Positions 24,701 to 36,700 of a stretch of 64,000 nt of DNA are shown piece after piece. The notes beneath the pieces are model-generated. The model had not been told where the DNA came from. It saw only the letters and a program-made list of their open reading frames with translations, and searched no databases. This DNA comes from Ranitomeya imitator (lineage: Eukaryota). Where the stretch lies: positions 331,204,001-331,268,000 of the forward strand of contig NC_091286.1 in NCBI RefSeq assembly GCF_032444005.1. Reading direction: 5' to 3'. Made by a program: the position numbers and the translations under genes. Positions within the stretch are counted from its first letter, which is position 1, and every line of letters starts with the position of its first letter.

Positions 24701-27700
24701 TGCAAAATCGATGAGACCTATTTGATATTGATCCAAGTGTCAGATCAAAATGTGCAATGCCAGCACTCAGATGCCATCTGGTTTTCACTGATTTATAGGA
24801 GAAGGTAGAGAAACTTTTCTCCTTCGCCTCATTGGGGGACACAGGACCATGGGTTATGCTGCTGTCACTAGGAGGCTGACACTAAGCTGAGACAAAAAAA
24901 GGTTAGCTCCTCCCCTGCAGTATACACCCTCATACTGGCTTCCAGAGACCCAGTTCAAGCTTAGTGTCCGTAGGAGGCACACTGATTTTTAATCTCACTG
25001 ATCATCCTCGCCCGCGAACCATTCGGTTCGCCATGAAGATCCTGGGAAAGCGGTTCCTTTCGCTCAACTCCATCTCCGCCCCTTGCAACAGGCTTTGCTG
25101 GACAACTGGGACAGGAGTCTCCCATCTCTCGACCGCCATTGCCCCCTGTCCCCGCGGGTCAGACAATCACTCGTATGGTGGACCCTGGGTCCATCTCTTC
25201 TCCAGGGGAAGTCCTTCCTCCCGATCCGCTGGTTAGTGGTAACTACCGACGCCAGTCTCCTCGGCTGGGGGGCGGTGTTTCTTCACCACTCTGCCCAGGG
25301 CCGTTGGACAGTTCGGGAATCCAGACTCCCCATCAACATCCTGGAGATTCGTGCTATCAGACTTGCCCTGAGTCGCTTTCACGCCCTGCTCGCGGGTCAC
25401 CCAATACGAGTCCAATCGGACAACGTCACGGCGGTGGCTTACATCAACCACCAGGGGGGTACCCGCAGCAGGGCGGCGATGCAGGAAGTCTCTCACATCC
25501 TTCGTTGGGCCGAAACCAACCATTCCACCATCTCTGCGGTGCACATTCCGGGAGTCGAGAACTGGGCGGCGGACTTCCTGAGCCGCCAGGGCCTTGCCTC
25601 GGGGGAGTGGGAACTCCACCCAGAGGTCTTTCGACAGATCTGTCTTCGCTGGGGGACCCCGGACGTGGATCTGATGGCGTCCAGATTGAACGCCAAGGTC
25701 CACAACTTCATTGCATGTTCTCGGGAGCCCCAGGCCATAGGAGTAGACGCGCTGATTTCTCCGTGGCATCCGTTTCAACTCCCATACGTTTTTCCTCCCC
25801 TTCCCTTACTGCCGAAGGTGATCCGAAAGATCAAGACGGAGGGAGTTCCGGTCATTCTGGTCGCCCCAGACTGGCCACGCCGCGCTTGGTACGCGGAACT
25901 CGTTCAGCTCGTAGCCGACGTTCCCTGGCGGTTACCAGACCGCCCAGACCTGCTTCGCCAAGGTCCGATCTACCACCAGAGCTCAGGGGCCCTACGTTTA
26001 ACGGCGTGGCTGTTGAAACCTGGATTCTAACTCGTGCCGGTTTCTCTCAGCAGGTCATTCCCACCATGTTAAGTGCTCGCAAGGCGTCTTCCGCCTCCAT
26101 TTACCACCGCGTCTGGAAAACATTCTTCTCATGGTGCAGGCTCCGAGGGCACCCTCCGCTCGCTTTCTCTATCCCTTGCATCTTGAATTTCCTTCAGTCC
26201 GGTCTGGACTCCGGCTTGGCACTGAGTTCCCTCAAAGGCCAGATCTCAGCGTTATCCGTGCTGTTCCAGCGCAGGATCGCCGCCAACCTTCAGGTCAAGA
26301 CCTTCATTCATTCAGGGAGTCTCCCATGTGGTTCCCCCCTACAGGATGCCGTTAGAGACCTGGGATCTCAATTTGGTCCTGGGGGTTCTTCAGGAACCTC
26401 CGTTCGAACCCCTTCAAGACGTTCCGCTCTCTGTCCTCTCATGGAAGGTTGCCTTCCTGGTAGCGGTGACTTCCATCAGAAGGGTTTCAGAGCTCGCCGC
26501 TTTATCCTGCCGGGCACCTTTCCTTGCCTTTCATCAGGACAAAGTAGTCCTACACCCTTCCCCGGCGTTTCTTCCGAAGGTGGTCTCATCTTTTCATCTT
26601 AACGAGGACATCATTCTTCCCTCCTTTTGCCCGCAGCCCAAACATAGGGTTGAGAAGGCTCTCCATACTCTGGACGTGGTACGGGCCCTCAGGAGGTACA
26701 TTTCCAGAACGGCTCATTTCAGAAAATCGGACGCCCTTTTCGTGCTCCCGGAGGGTCACAGAAAGGGTTTGGCTGCGTCTAAATCCACGATAGCCAGATG
26801 GATCCGATCTGCTATCCAGGAATCCTATCGGGTCAGGGGCAGTCCTATCCCGGCGGGGATTAGAGCACACTCCACTCGGTCGATGGGTGCTTCCTGGGCC
26901 ATCCGGCACCAGGCAACAGCGGAGCAGGTTTGCAAGGCCGCAACGTGGTCCAGCCTGCTTTCACAAAGCATTACAATGTCCACATTCACTCCTCTGCGGA
27001 CGCGGCCCTTGGCAGGCGTATCCTGCAAGCGGCCGTTGCGCATTTGTAGTCAGATGGTACACGGAGTTATTTGGTTGTATTGTTTCCCTCCCAGGGACTG
27101 CTTTGGGACGTCCCATGGTCCTGTGTCCCCCAATGAGGCGAAGGAGAAATAGGGATTTTTGTGTGTACTCACCGTAAAATCCTTTTCTCCGAGCCACTCA
27201 TTGGGGGACACAGCACCCACCCTGGTAGCCTTACGGCTCGTTACCTTTTTTGGTCTTTGACTGTTTGTTTGACATGTTATATTCTAATGTTACTTGATAT
27301 ATTGTTATTATCCTACTGCTTTTGCACTGAACTGGGTCTCTGGAAGCCAGTATGAGGGTGTATACTGCAGGGGAGGAGCTAACCTTTTTTTGTCTCAGCT
27401 TAGTGTCAGCCTCCTAGTGACAGCAGCATAACCCATGGTCCTGTGTCCCCCAATGAGTGGCTCGGAGAAAAGGATTTTATGGTGAGTACACACAAAAATC
27501 CCTATTTTTTTTTCATCAGTGCAAAAACCTGCTGAAAATCATTGATCAAACTCGGTCCATTTCTTTCATAAATCAAGAAAACTGAGGTCTAGCAGAGGTC
27601 ACCCGAGCTTCTTCCCTCTCCGTTTGTATCTGTGATGTGAAGGGAATAGCTGTCAGACCAGTCTCTTAATCAAAGTCAGCCCCAGGCTTTTTAAAAGTCC

Positions 27701-30700
27701 CATGTTCACCATCTTAGTTTGCCAATGACACGGACGAGAACATTTTTATCAGACAAAAGGTTGTTTTGTTCATTGGTGTACACAGCAATAACCCTATTTT
27801 GTTGCGACTGTCTTTTAATGGGAATGTGTCATCCGAAAACGACCTATTGTTTAAATCGAGCTGTTATGTACCGTATTTTGCGGTTTATAAGGTAACCGGA
27901 TTATAAGAAGAACCCCAAATTTTGAGGAGAAAAATAGGTAAAAAACTTTTTTTTAATACAATGGTGGTGCTTCCTATAATCCATGCGTCTTATTGGTTAC
28001 CGGGGGTGGTGGCTGTGGTGAAACAGGGTCCCAGGGTGGATGTGCGGTGCGGCTGAGATCTCATCTCCTGAGATCATGGTGCCGAGCTCTCCATCTGCGC
28101 ATGCGCCGCCCCCAGCGGCAGCCATTTTCCCATAGTCCAGTCCACCGCATAGGAAACCAAACCATGTCACTGCGGGGGCTCTGGGCTTTCACAAGATGTC
28201 TGCAGAGCCCCCCGCAGCATCGGACACCCGCAGCGGCAGTCCGCACTGAACATCCGAACACCCCCTCATCCCAGCCTGTGGCTGGTAAGGTATATCCGTG
28301 TTTTAATACGACCCCCATTTTCCTCCAAAATTTGGGGGATAAAAGTGCATCTTATAATCCGAAAAATACTGTAATATAATATATTTTAATTCAACAGAGG
28401 ACATGTCTCCTCAGTTTTGCACATGCCGCTGGTCTGCAAAAAAAAATCGGACGTGTGCACAGCTCCATAGAATTTGTATCTAGTACAGTTTATCTATGAA
28501 AGAAAAAAAAACTGCACTGGTTCATGAAAACAAACATCTGAATGGGTCCTTATGAGCAAAGGTTATACAAGCTACAGAATAGAAGGGCTTGATTTTTTAT
28601 TTTTTTTTTATGCATGACCAAAGAATAGAATAATGTTTATTGCCCCACTTTATTATGGCGCTCACCGTGCAGTATAAATGGCAAGTCTATTGTTACATTA
28701 GTGGGAAAAAAATGTTGAGTTAAAAAGATAAATAATAAAAAATTTTCCTTAAAGCCCCAAAGCTATTTTTTTTTTTTTCAAATGTTTTTCTACTATTTTA
28801 CCATAGGGTACTTTAGCTCAGGCTGTGAAAAAAGGAGAGTGGATTTTGCTGGATGAAATTAACTTGGCGGCTGCGGAAACTCTGGAGTGCCTGTGTGGTT
28901 TACTTGAGGGCTCATCAGGTTCTCTTGTTCTGCTGGACAGGGGCGATACAGGTATATTGTCTTCTAATATATAATTACACTTACCATAAATGACCAATTA
29001 GCAGCAGGTGTTTTACCTTTTAAAAACCACTTGTGTAGCTGACTTTTCCTACCGAATTCTCACCCTCACCATTATCTGTACTCAAAGGCAGTGCTAAAAA
29101 AAATGCTGCTCAATTTCCATTTTCTTTGTCTCGTGATATATTATATTATACCAGAAATTGCTGCCACCATATATAGGACTGCCAGATTGGTAATAAGATA
29201 GATGAAAGCTGTCTCCTCAGTTAAGTGTCGCCAATAACTAGGGGTTCCTCAGTATGCAGAGCACTGGTATATACACTGCCCCAATTTGTAGCGCTGCCTA
29301 TTGATTTTAATGAAGTGACCACTGCAGTCCACCACATTGCATACAACGCAATGTACTGTTTTGGGCTGTAGCTGTATTGTTAGTCCCCTCCGGGGTCTCC
29401 ATTGAAATCCAGCCATATGCTGGCATCCACGGGAGTTTTGTCATGACAAGCTTGAAGATCTTTAACAGACTCCTAGTTATCATAGCAACCAAAATGCGCC
29501 ACGTGGTAACCGATAAGCAGTTAGAACAGTGCACCAACCAGGACATGCACTGTAAATTCTGCTGTCAGAGAATGACAGCAACATTTTAGTAGGTTAACAA
29601 CCACGGGCAGAGCTCTGCTCCACACTTGGATCGAAGAAGTAGATGATGGCTGAATCAAACAGCCATCATCTGTTGGGAATAGGGCTCCTTAGACCTCTCC
29701 ATTCATCCTTTGCCGACGAGCGCCATATATGTACAGTGCTGGTCATTGAAGGGTTAAAGGGAATCTATCAGCAGAATTTCATCACTCCACTCCACTATCC
29801 GCTATTTATAAGTACATGTAGCTCTTTCAAAGACAAGTCTAGCAATACCGTTGCATGGCCAGCCTGTTCCTCCATTACTGAGAAATCAGAGTTTGAATGG
29901 ATTTGCCATTAAGGCTGACGAGCTGACTCTTAAAGGGAACCTGTCACCCCGAAAATCGCGGGTGAGGTAAGCCCACCGGCATCAGGGGCTTATCTACAGC
30001 ATTCTGTAATGCTGTAGATAAGCCCCCGATGTTACCTGAAAAAGGAGAAAAAGACGTTATATTATACTCACCCAGGGGCGGTCCCGCTGCTGGTCAGGTC
30101 AGATGGGCGTCTCCGGTCCGCTGCGGCGCCTCCTATCTTCTTTCCATGACGTCCTCTTCTGATCTTCAGCCACGGCTCCGGCGCAGGCGTACTTTGCTCT
30201 GCCCTCTTGAGGGCAGAGGATAGTACTGCAGTGCGCAGGCGCTGGAAAGGTCAGAGGCCCGGCGCCTGCGCACTGCAGTACTTTGTCTGCCCTCAACAGG
30301 GCAGAGCAAAGTACGCCTGCGCCGGAGCCGTGGCTGAAGATCAGAAGAGGACGTCATGGAAAGAAGATAGGAGGCGCCGCAGCGGACCGGAGACGCCCAT
30401 CTGACCTGACCAGCAGCGGGACCGCCCCTGGGTGAGTATAATATAACGTCTTTTTCTCCTTTTTCAGGTAACATCGGGGGCTTATCTATAGCATTACAGA
30501 ATGCTACAGATAAGCCCCTGATGCCGGTGGGCTTACCTCACCCGCGATTTTCGGGGTGACAGGTTCCCTTTAAGTCACTCCAGCTCCATTCCCATCCTAT
30601 CCTATCCAAAGACATACTGATAGCGAATTTAGATTGTGAGCCCCATCGGGGACAGCAATGATAATGTGTGCAAAATGTAAAGCGCTGCGGAATATGTTAG

Positions 30701-33700
30701 CGCTATATAAAAATAAAGATTATTATTATTATCGCTGCTTGCTCCTACTTGAGTGACATCGTTCGCGATGTGTGATTTCAAGCAAATGAGCAGTCCGTCA
30801 ACGGCGGGGAATAGAGCTGGAGTGATCGAGGCTTCAGATCTTCAGCTTCATTCACAAATCAATTCAAGCACAGATTTCTCGGTAACGGAGGAACAGACCA
30901 GCCATGTAAAGATATTGCTGGACTTGTCTTTGAAAGCGCTACATTCACATTTTAGTAGTGGGATCTGAAATACTGCAGACAGATTTTTTTTTTTAATTTG
31001 TTTTTAAGGTTCGCTTTAAACCACCATTAGCATTAAATCATGCAGAAGTATTTTGTCATTTAGGACCTAACACTCTGGTTGTTACAGGCTTAAACTTAAG
31101 AGTTAAGTTTAACAACCACAGTGTTAGTTCCTAAATGACAAGATACTGTTGCATGATTTTACGTTAATGGTGGCTTAAAGCAAACCTTAAAAACAAATTA
31201 TTATTTTTTTTAAATTGTATTTACCTGCAGCCATAGGGTAATCTGCAGGAAAATATAGTTTGAAATAGATCTGGCTTTCTTAATGGAAATTCGGCTGCAA
31301 TAAGAAAATAATAAAATCATATTCTCCCGACAGCCGCTCTCTTTCGTTCATCTGGACGAAATCAGGGCAGTGGACAGTCATCACCAACTACACAATGAGC
31401 GCTCCAATCACTCCCACTGCTTCTCGGTGGACCTCTTATTCAGCGCTCGCAGTGCGGAAGCAGTGGGTGTGATTACAGTGCGCTCACTGTTTGCTGCCCC
31501 ATGCACTGGCATCTTGACTGGAAGTGAGTGGGTTCCTTGTTTTGGTTGTTAAGATATATTCTGTGGTTAAGTTTGCAGTTTTTATTTTTTTGTTGTTGCA
31601 GAAACTGAGGCATCCATTGAAGTCCAAGTAAGGGTGTGTGTCCACTGTCCGCATTGATGGCGCTTTGGACGGAGCGGAAAACCCACTCTGCCCAAAGCGC
31701 CACCACCTTCTGTACGTGCGGTGATTCCGGACGTATTCATTGCACATATCCGGAATGTCCGCACCCCATACATAGGACTGTGTTATTTACCTTGCGGCAA
31801 CAGAGCGTCGCCGCAAGGTAAACGGACATGTTGCGGTCTAAAAAGATGCGCCGCATGTCTGGAAACGCTGTTCACAACATCGTATTCATTGAGCGCTGTG
31901 CAGTCTGAAAAAGATAGTCAGGAGCGGTTATAAAGCGTTCTCATGACTGCATTACTTTACTGATACTGCAATGTGATATGTAAAATGACCACCATTTTTA
32001 TGGTTGCTTTTCTTTTTGCGTGAATAAAGCCAGTTTCACACATCTCGGAAGAACCAGCCTAAGAGCCCCCAGACCTAAGCTACATGCTTTTGTATATGTC
32101 TATGAAGCAGGAGCCCAGGCCAGGAGACCTGACTTTTGGGCCTGGTTGTCTGATGAGAGAATGGTCCAGATTTAACTGATGCATGAAGCCGGCCTATGTT
32201 GAACCCATTAAAAAGTGTAATCTCTTGCCTTTTCTACATTATTTCCTACTTTTGCGCAGAGCCTCTCATTCGACATCCTGATTTTCGATTATTTGCCTGC
32301 ATGAATCCTGCTACAGATGTGGGCAAGAGGAATTTGCCACCTGGAATAAGAAATCGGTAAATATTTTACTACTGATGAAATATCACTTCATCATTTATGT
32401 ACTCGTGGGGAGTCCCTCAGACTGCGCTACCTCAGCTGGTAGGTGTTTGCATTAAGTGGTAGTCCAGAATTCGCTCCGCTGCTTTATTCATTTACAGTTA
32501 TTGTCACTGATGAAAATAGCCAAGCACAGTGCCAATGAATATTGTGTTTGAAAAATATGGACCGATTTTAAAGGGGTTTTTCACTCCGGAAGAAATGTTT
32601 GGAAAGGGCTGCAGCTTGTCAAGTCTCAATGGTATGTAATGCACCTACCGTTGGGGTTCAGCACTCTTGCCGTCAAGCTTTTCAGCCGCGTCTATCAATG
32701 TTCTGTTGAGATATGCGACTGAGATTTTAGTTGGCACAGGACTGCAAATATTCATTCTTTATGTCACCTGATGACCACTGATACTGGTTGATACCAGTGA
32801 TGGGCAGACCTTTAACATTTATTATCTATCCAGTGGGTTAGGGATAAATGGTTTTGGTCAGTAGACCTCTATAAGGCCTCATTTAGATTTGTGTCATGGC
32901 TCCCATCTGTAGCAGAAGTCATGAAGGTGTACCAGCTGAACATTAGACTTTGCTTTAGCTAGGTTTTAGAAGTACTGAAGTAGTGCAGAAGTTGTTCTTA
33001 AAGCGCACCATGCACATGTAAATAGTTTGGGGTTGAAATTCTCCCACAGATTAGCTTTAACAATGTTTTCTGTGCCTTTAGGCAATGTTACTTGGATGAA
33101 GTAGCTAGTAGCAGTAACCTCAGCAGTCAGTGCTGTTCTTCTGTAGCTTGGTGATTCCAGTGCCTTGGAATGGCCCTTGTAGCTGCCTAGAGATAATAGC
33201 ATGAGAAGAACCTCTTTATATAGATTATTTAGGAACACAAAACTCATAGATATCCGTAGCCTTGTGCTATTTTTTTTTTTTTTGCAGGTATTTGATGTTA
33301 CATAGCATTAGGTAGGATTGTGGCTGCTTTCTTAGCGCTTTGATTCTAGGGGAGAATATGGTGCCTTATACTCGGTTTTCGTGCACGCACGCACCCAGGG
33401 CCGTATTTAGAGTTTCTGCTGCCCTAGGCACTTTTCGTGCTGCCTCCCCCATTGGTGAGTATGACACTATCGGCAGTGACTTAGGCTACTTTAACATCAG
33501 CGATTTTTAAGACATTTGCGGCAGTTTTTCCGCATCCATAACGGATCACTTACGGCAACAGTGCGTTTGGCCTCATTCATTCCCTATGGGACTTGCGGAC
33601 ATGTGCGGCACTTGCAGTTTTGCCGCGATCCGGCAAATGCGGTACTTGCAGCAACAGGAAAAAAAAAATGCTGCTAGCAGTGTTTTTTTGTCTCGCCTCA

Positions 33701-36700
33701 AGTGCAAAACCTCAAGTGTCGCACATGTCCGCAAGTCCCATAGGGAATGAAAGAGGCCGAACGCAGAGTTCCCGGCCCGTAACTGATACGTTACGTGGCA
33801 GATGCGGAAAAACTGCAGTATCTGCCGCGAACGGAGAAAATCGCTGATGTGAAAGTAGCCTTAGCAAACCTTTACAGTTGTCATGTGAGAATCTGGTGAA
33901 TCTCATACACATTACATGGTCAGTTGATTCTGCCATGGTTGCAAGGTTTGACAGATTTCTAAAGGAAACCCCCTCTTCAGCCTCACCCTGTTGGATGCAG
34001 GACGCAGACTTCCCTCAGCAGCCTCTCCTCTCATCTCCTCAGCAGCCTCCACTCACCAGCCTCTCATCTCCTCACCAGCCTCTCTCCTCATTTCCTCTCC
34101 TCAGCAGCCTCTCATCTCCTCAGCAGCCTCTCATATCCTCCCCTTAGCAGCCTCCCCTCACCAGCCTCTCCTCTCCCCTTAGCAGCCTCCCCTCATCTCC
34201 TCTCCAGCCTCTCATATTCTCCCCTTAGCAGCCTCCTCTCGCCAGCCTCTCCCCTTAGCAGCCTCCCCTCACCAGCCTCTCCTCTCCCCTTAGCAGCCTC
34301 CCCTCATCTCCTCTCCAGCCTCTCATATTCTCCCCTTAGCAGCCTCCTCTCGCCAGCCTCTCCCCGTAGCAGCCTCCCCTCACCAGCCTCTCCTCTCCCC
34401 TTAGCAGCCTCCCCTCTCATCTCCTCTCCAGCCTCTCATATTCTCCCCTTAGCAGCCTCCTCTCGCCAGCCTCTCCCCTTAGCAGCCTCCCCTCACCAGC
34501 CTCTCCTCTCCCCTTAGCAGCCTCCCCTCTCATCTCCTCTCCAGCCTCTCATATTCTCCCCTTAGCAGCCTCCCCTCACGAGCCTCTCCTCTCCCCTTAG
34601 CAGCCTCCCCTCTCATCTCCTCTCCAGCCTCTCATATTCTCCCCTTAGCAGCCTCCCCTCGCCAGCCTCTCCTCTCCCCTCCCCTTAGCAGCCTCCCCTG
34701 TCATCTCCTCTCCAGCCTCTCATATTCTCCCATTAACAGCCTCCCCTCACCAGCCTCTCCTCTCCCCTCACCAGCCTCTCCTCTCACCTTAGCAGCCTCC
34801 CCTCTCATCTCCAGCCTCTCATATTCTCCCCTTAGCAGCCTCCCCTCTCATCTCCAGCCTCTCATATTCTCCCCTTAGCAGCCTCCCCTCACCAGCCTCT
34901 CCTCTCCCCTTAGCAGCCTCCCCTCTAATCTCCTCTCCAGCCTCTCATTCTCCCATTAGCAGCCTCCCCTCACCAGCCTCTCCTCTCCCCTTAGCAGCCT
35001 CCCCTCTCATCTCCTCTCCAGCCTCTCATATTCTCCCCTTAGCAGCCTCCCCTCACCAGCCTATCCTCTCCCCTTAGCAGCCTCCCCTCTCATCTCCTCT
35101 CCAGCCTCTCATATTCTCCCCTTAGCAGCCTCCCCTCGCCAGCCTCTCCTCTCCCCTTAGCAGCCTCCCCTCATCAGCCTCTCCTCTCTCCTTAGCAGCC
35201 TTCCCTCTCATCTCCTCTCCAGCCTCTCATATCCTCCCCTTAGCAGCCTCCCCTCACCAGCCTCTCCTCTCCCCTCCCCTTAGCAGCCTCCCCTGTCATC
35301 TCCTCTCCAGCCTCTCATATTCTCCCATTAACAGCCTCCCCTCACCAGCCTCTCCTCTCCCCTCACCAGCCTCTCCTCTCACCTTAGCAGCCTCCCCTCT
35401 CATCTCCAGCCTCTCATATTCTCCCCTTAGCAGCCTCCCCTCTCATCTCCAGCCTCTCATATTCTCCCCTTAGCAGCCTCCCCTCACCAGCCTCTCCTCT
35501 CCCCTTAGCAGCCTCCCCTCTAATCTCCTCTCCAGCCTCTCATTCTCCCATTAGCAGCCTCCCCTCACCAGCCTCTCCTCTCCCCTTAGCAGCCTCCCCT
35601 CTCATCTCCTCTCCAGCCTCTCATATTCTCCCCTTAGCAGCCTCCCCTCACCAGCCTATCCTCTCCCCTTAGCAGCCTCCCCTCACCAGCCTCTCCTCTC
35701 CCCTTAACAGCCTCCCCTCACCAGCCTCTCCTCTTAGCAGCCTCCCCTCTCCAGCCTCTCCTCTCCCCTTAGCAGCCTCCCCTCTCCAGCCTCTCCTCTC
35801 CCCTTAGCAGCCTCCCCTCTCCAGCCTCTCCTCTCCCCTTAGCAGCCTCCCCTCTCATCTCCTCTCCAGCCTCTCATTCTCCCATTAGCAGCCTCCCCTC
35901 ACCAGCCTCTCCTCTCCCCGTAGCAGCCTCCCCTCTCCCCTTAGCAGCCTCCCCTCTCATCTCCTCTCCAGCCACTCATTCTCCCCTCACCAGCCTCTCC
36001 TCTCCCCTTAGCAGCCTCCCCTCTCATCTCCTCACCAGCCTCTCCTCTCCCCTTAGCAGCCTCCCCTCACCAGCCTCTCCTCTTAGCAGCCTCCCCTCTC
36101 CAGCCTCTCCTCTCCCCTTAGCAGCCTCCCCTCTCCCCTTAGCAGCCTCCCCTCTCCCACCTCTCATATTCTCCCATTAGCAGCCTCCCCTCTCATCTCA
36201 CCAGCCTCTCCTCTCCCCTTAGCAGCCTCCCCTCACCAGCCTCTCCTCTTAGCAGCCTCCCCTCTCCAGCCTCTCCTCTCCAGCCTCTCATATTCTCCCA
36301 TTAGCAGCCTCCCCTCACCAGCCTCTCCTCTCCCCGTAGCAGCGTCCCCACTCCCCTTAGCAGCCTCCCCTCTCATCTCCTCTCCAGCCACTCATATTCT
36401 CCCCTCACCAGCGTCTCCTCTCCCCTTAGCAGCCTCCCTCTCCTCACACACATCAGCAGACACCCGTCTCCTCTCACCTCACTCCTCTCTGCAGCTTCCT
36501 CTCACACTGCCCGCCTCCTCTCCCTGCTCACCGCCGACTTCAGTATCTTCTCCCACAAACATGACATGCTGCTCAGCTCTGCAGTCTGCTCCTACATTAA
36601 GAAGAGCGCGCAGCATGTCACATGACCGGCATCAGGACCATGATGCACTTGGGCTGCTGCTGCTTAAAGGTACAGCACCCATTTCTGGACGCCAGATGCA

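Larger units (their letters stand above)
24816..27507 (+). mobile_element. DIRS retrotransposon copy 2, internally deleted (no gag, no RT core); RNaseH-MT and YR retained
   Basis: Identical 130-bp ITRs at 24828-24957 and 27328-27457; ICR ~27110-27212 complementary to both termini; ORF 25083-26030 (RNaseH + MT); YR split over 25139-26602 and 26328-27152. Confidence 0.95.

Noticed and set aside
30029-30474. Recurring short ORFs (MLPEKGEK..) also seen at 7519-7782 and 40311-40649
   Set aside because: Frames within non-coding palindromic MITEs; no transposase motifs.
33878-34182. Ser/Pro/Leu-rich ORFs
   Set aside because: Translation of the start of the CT-rich satellite.
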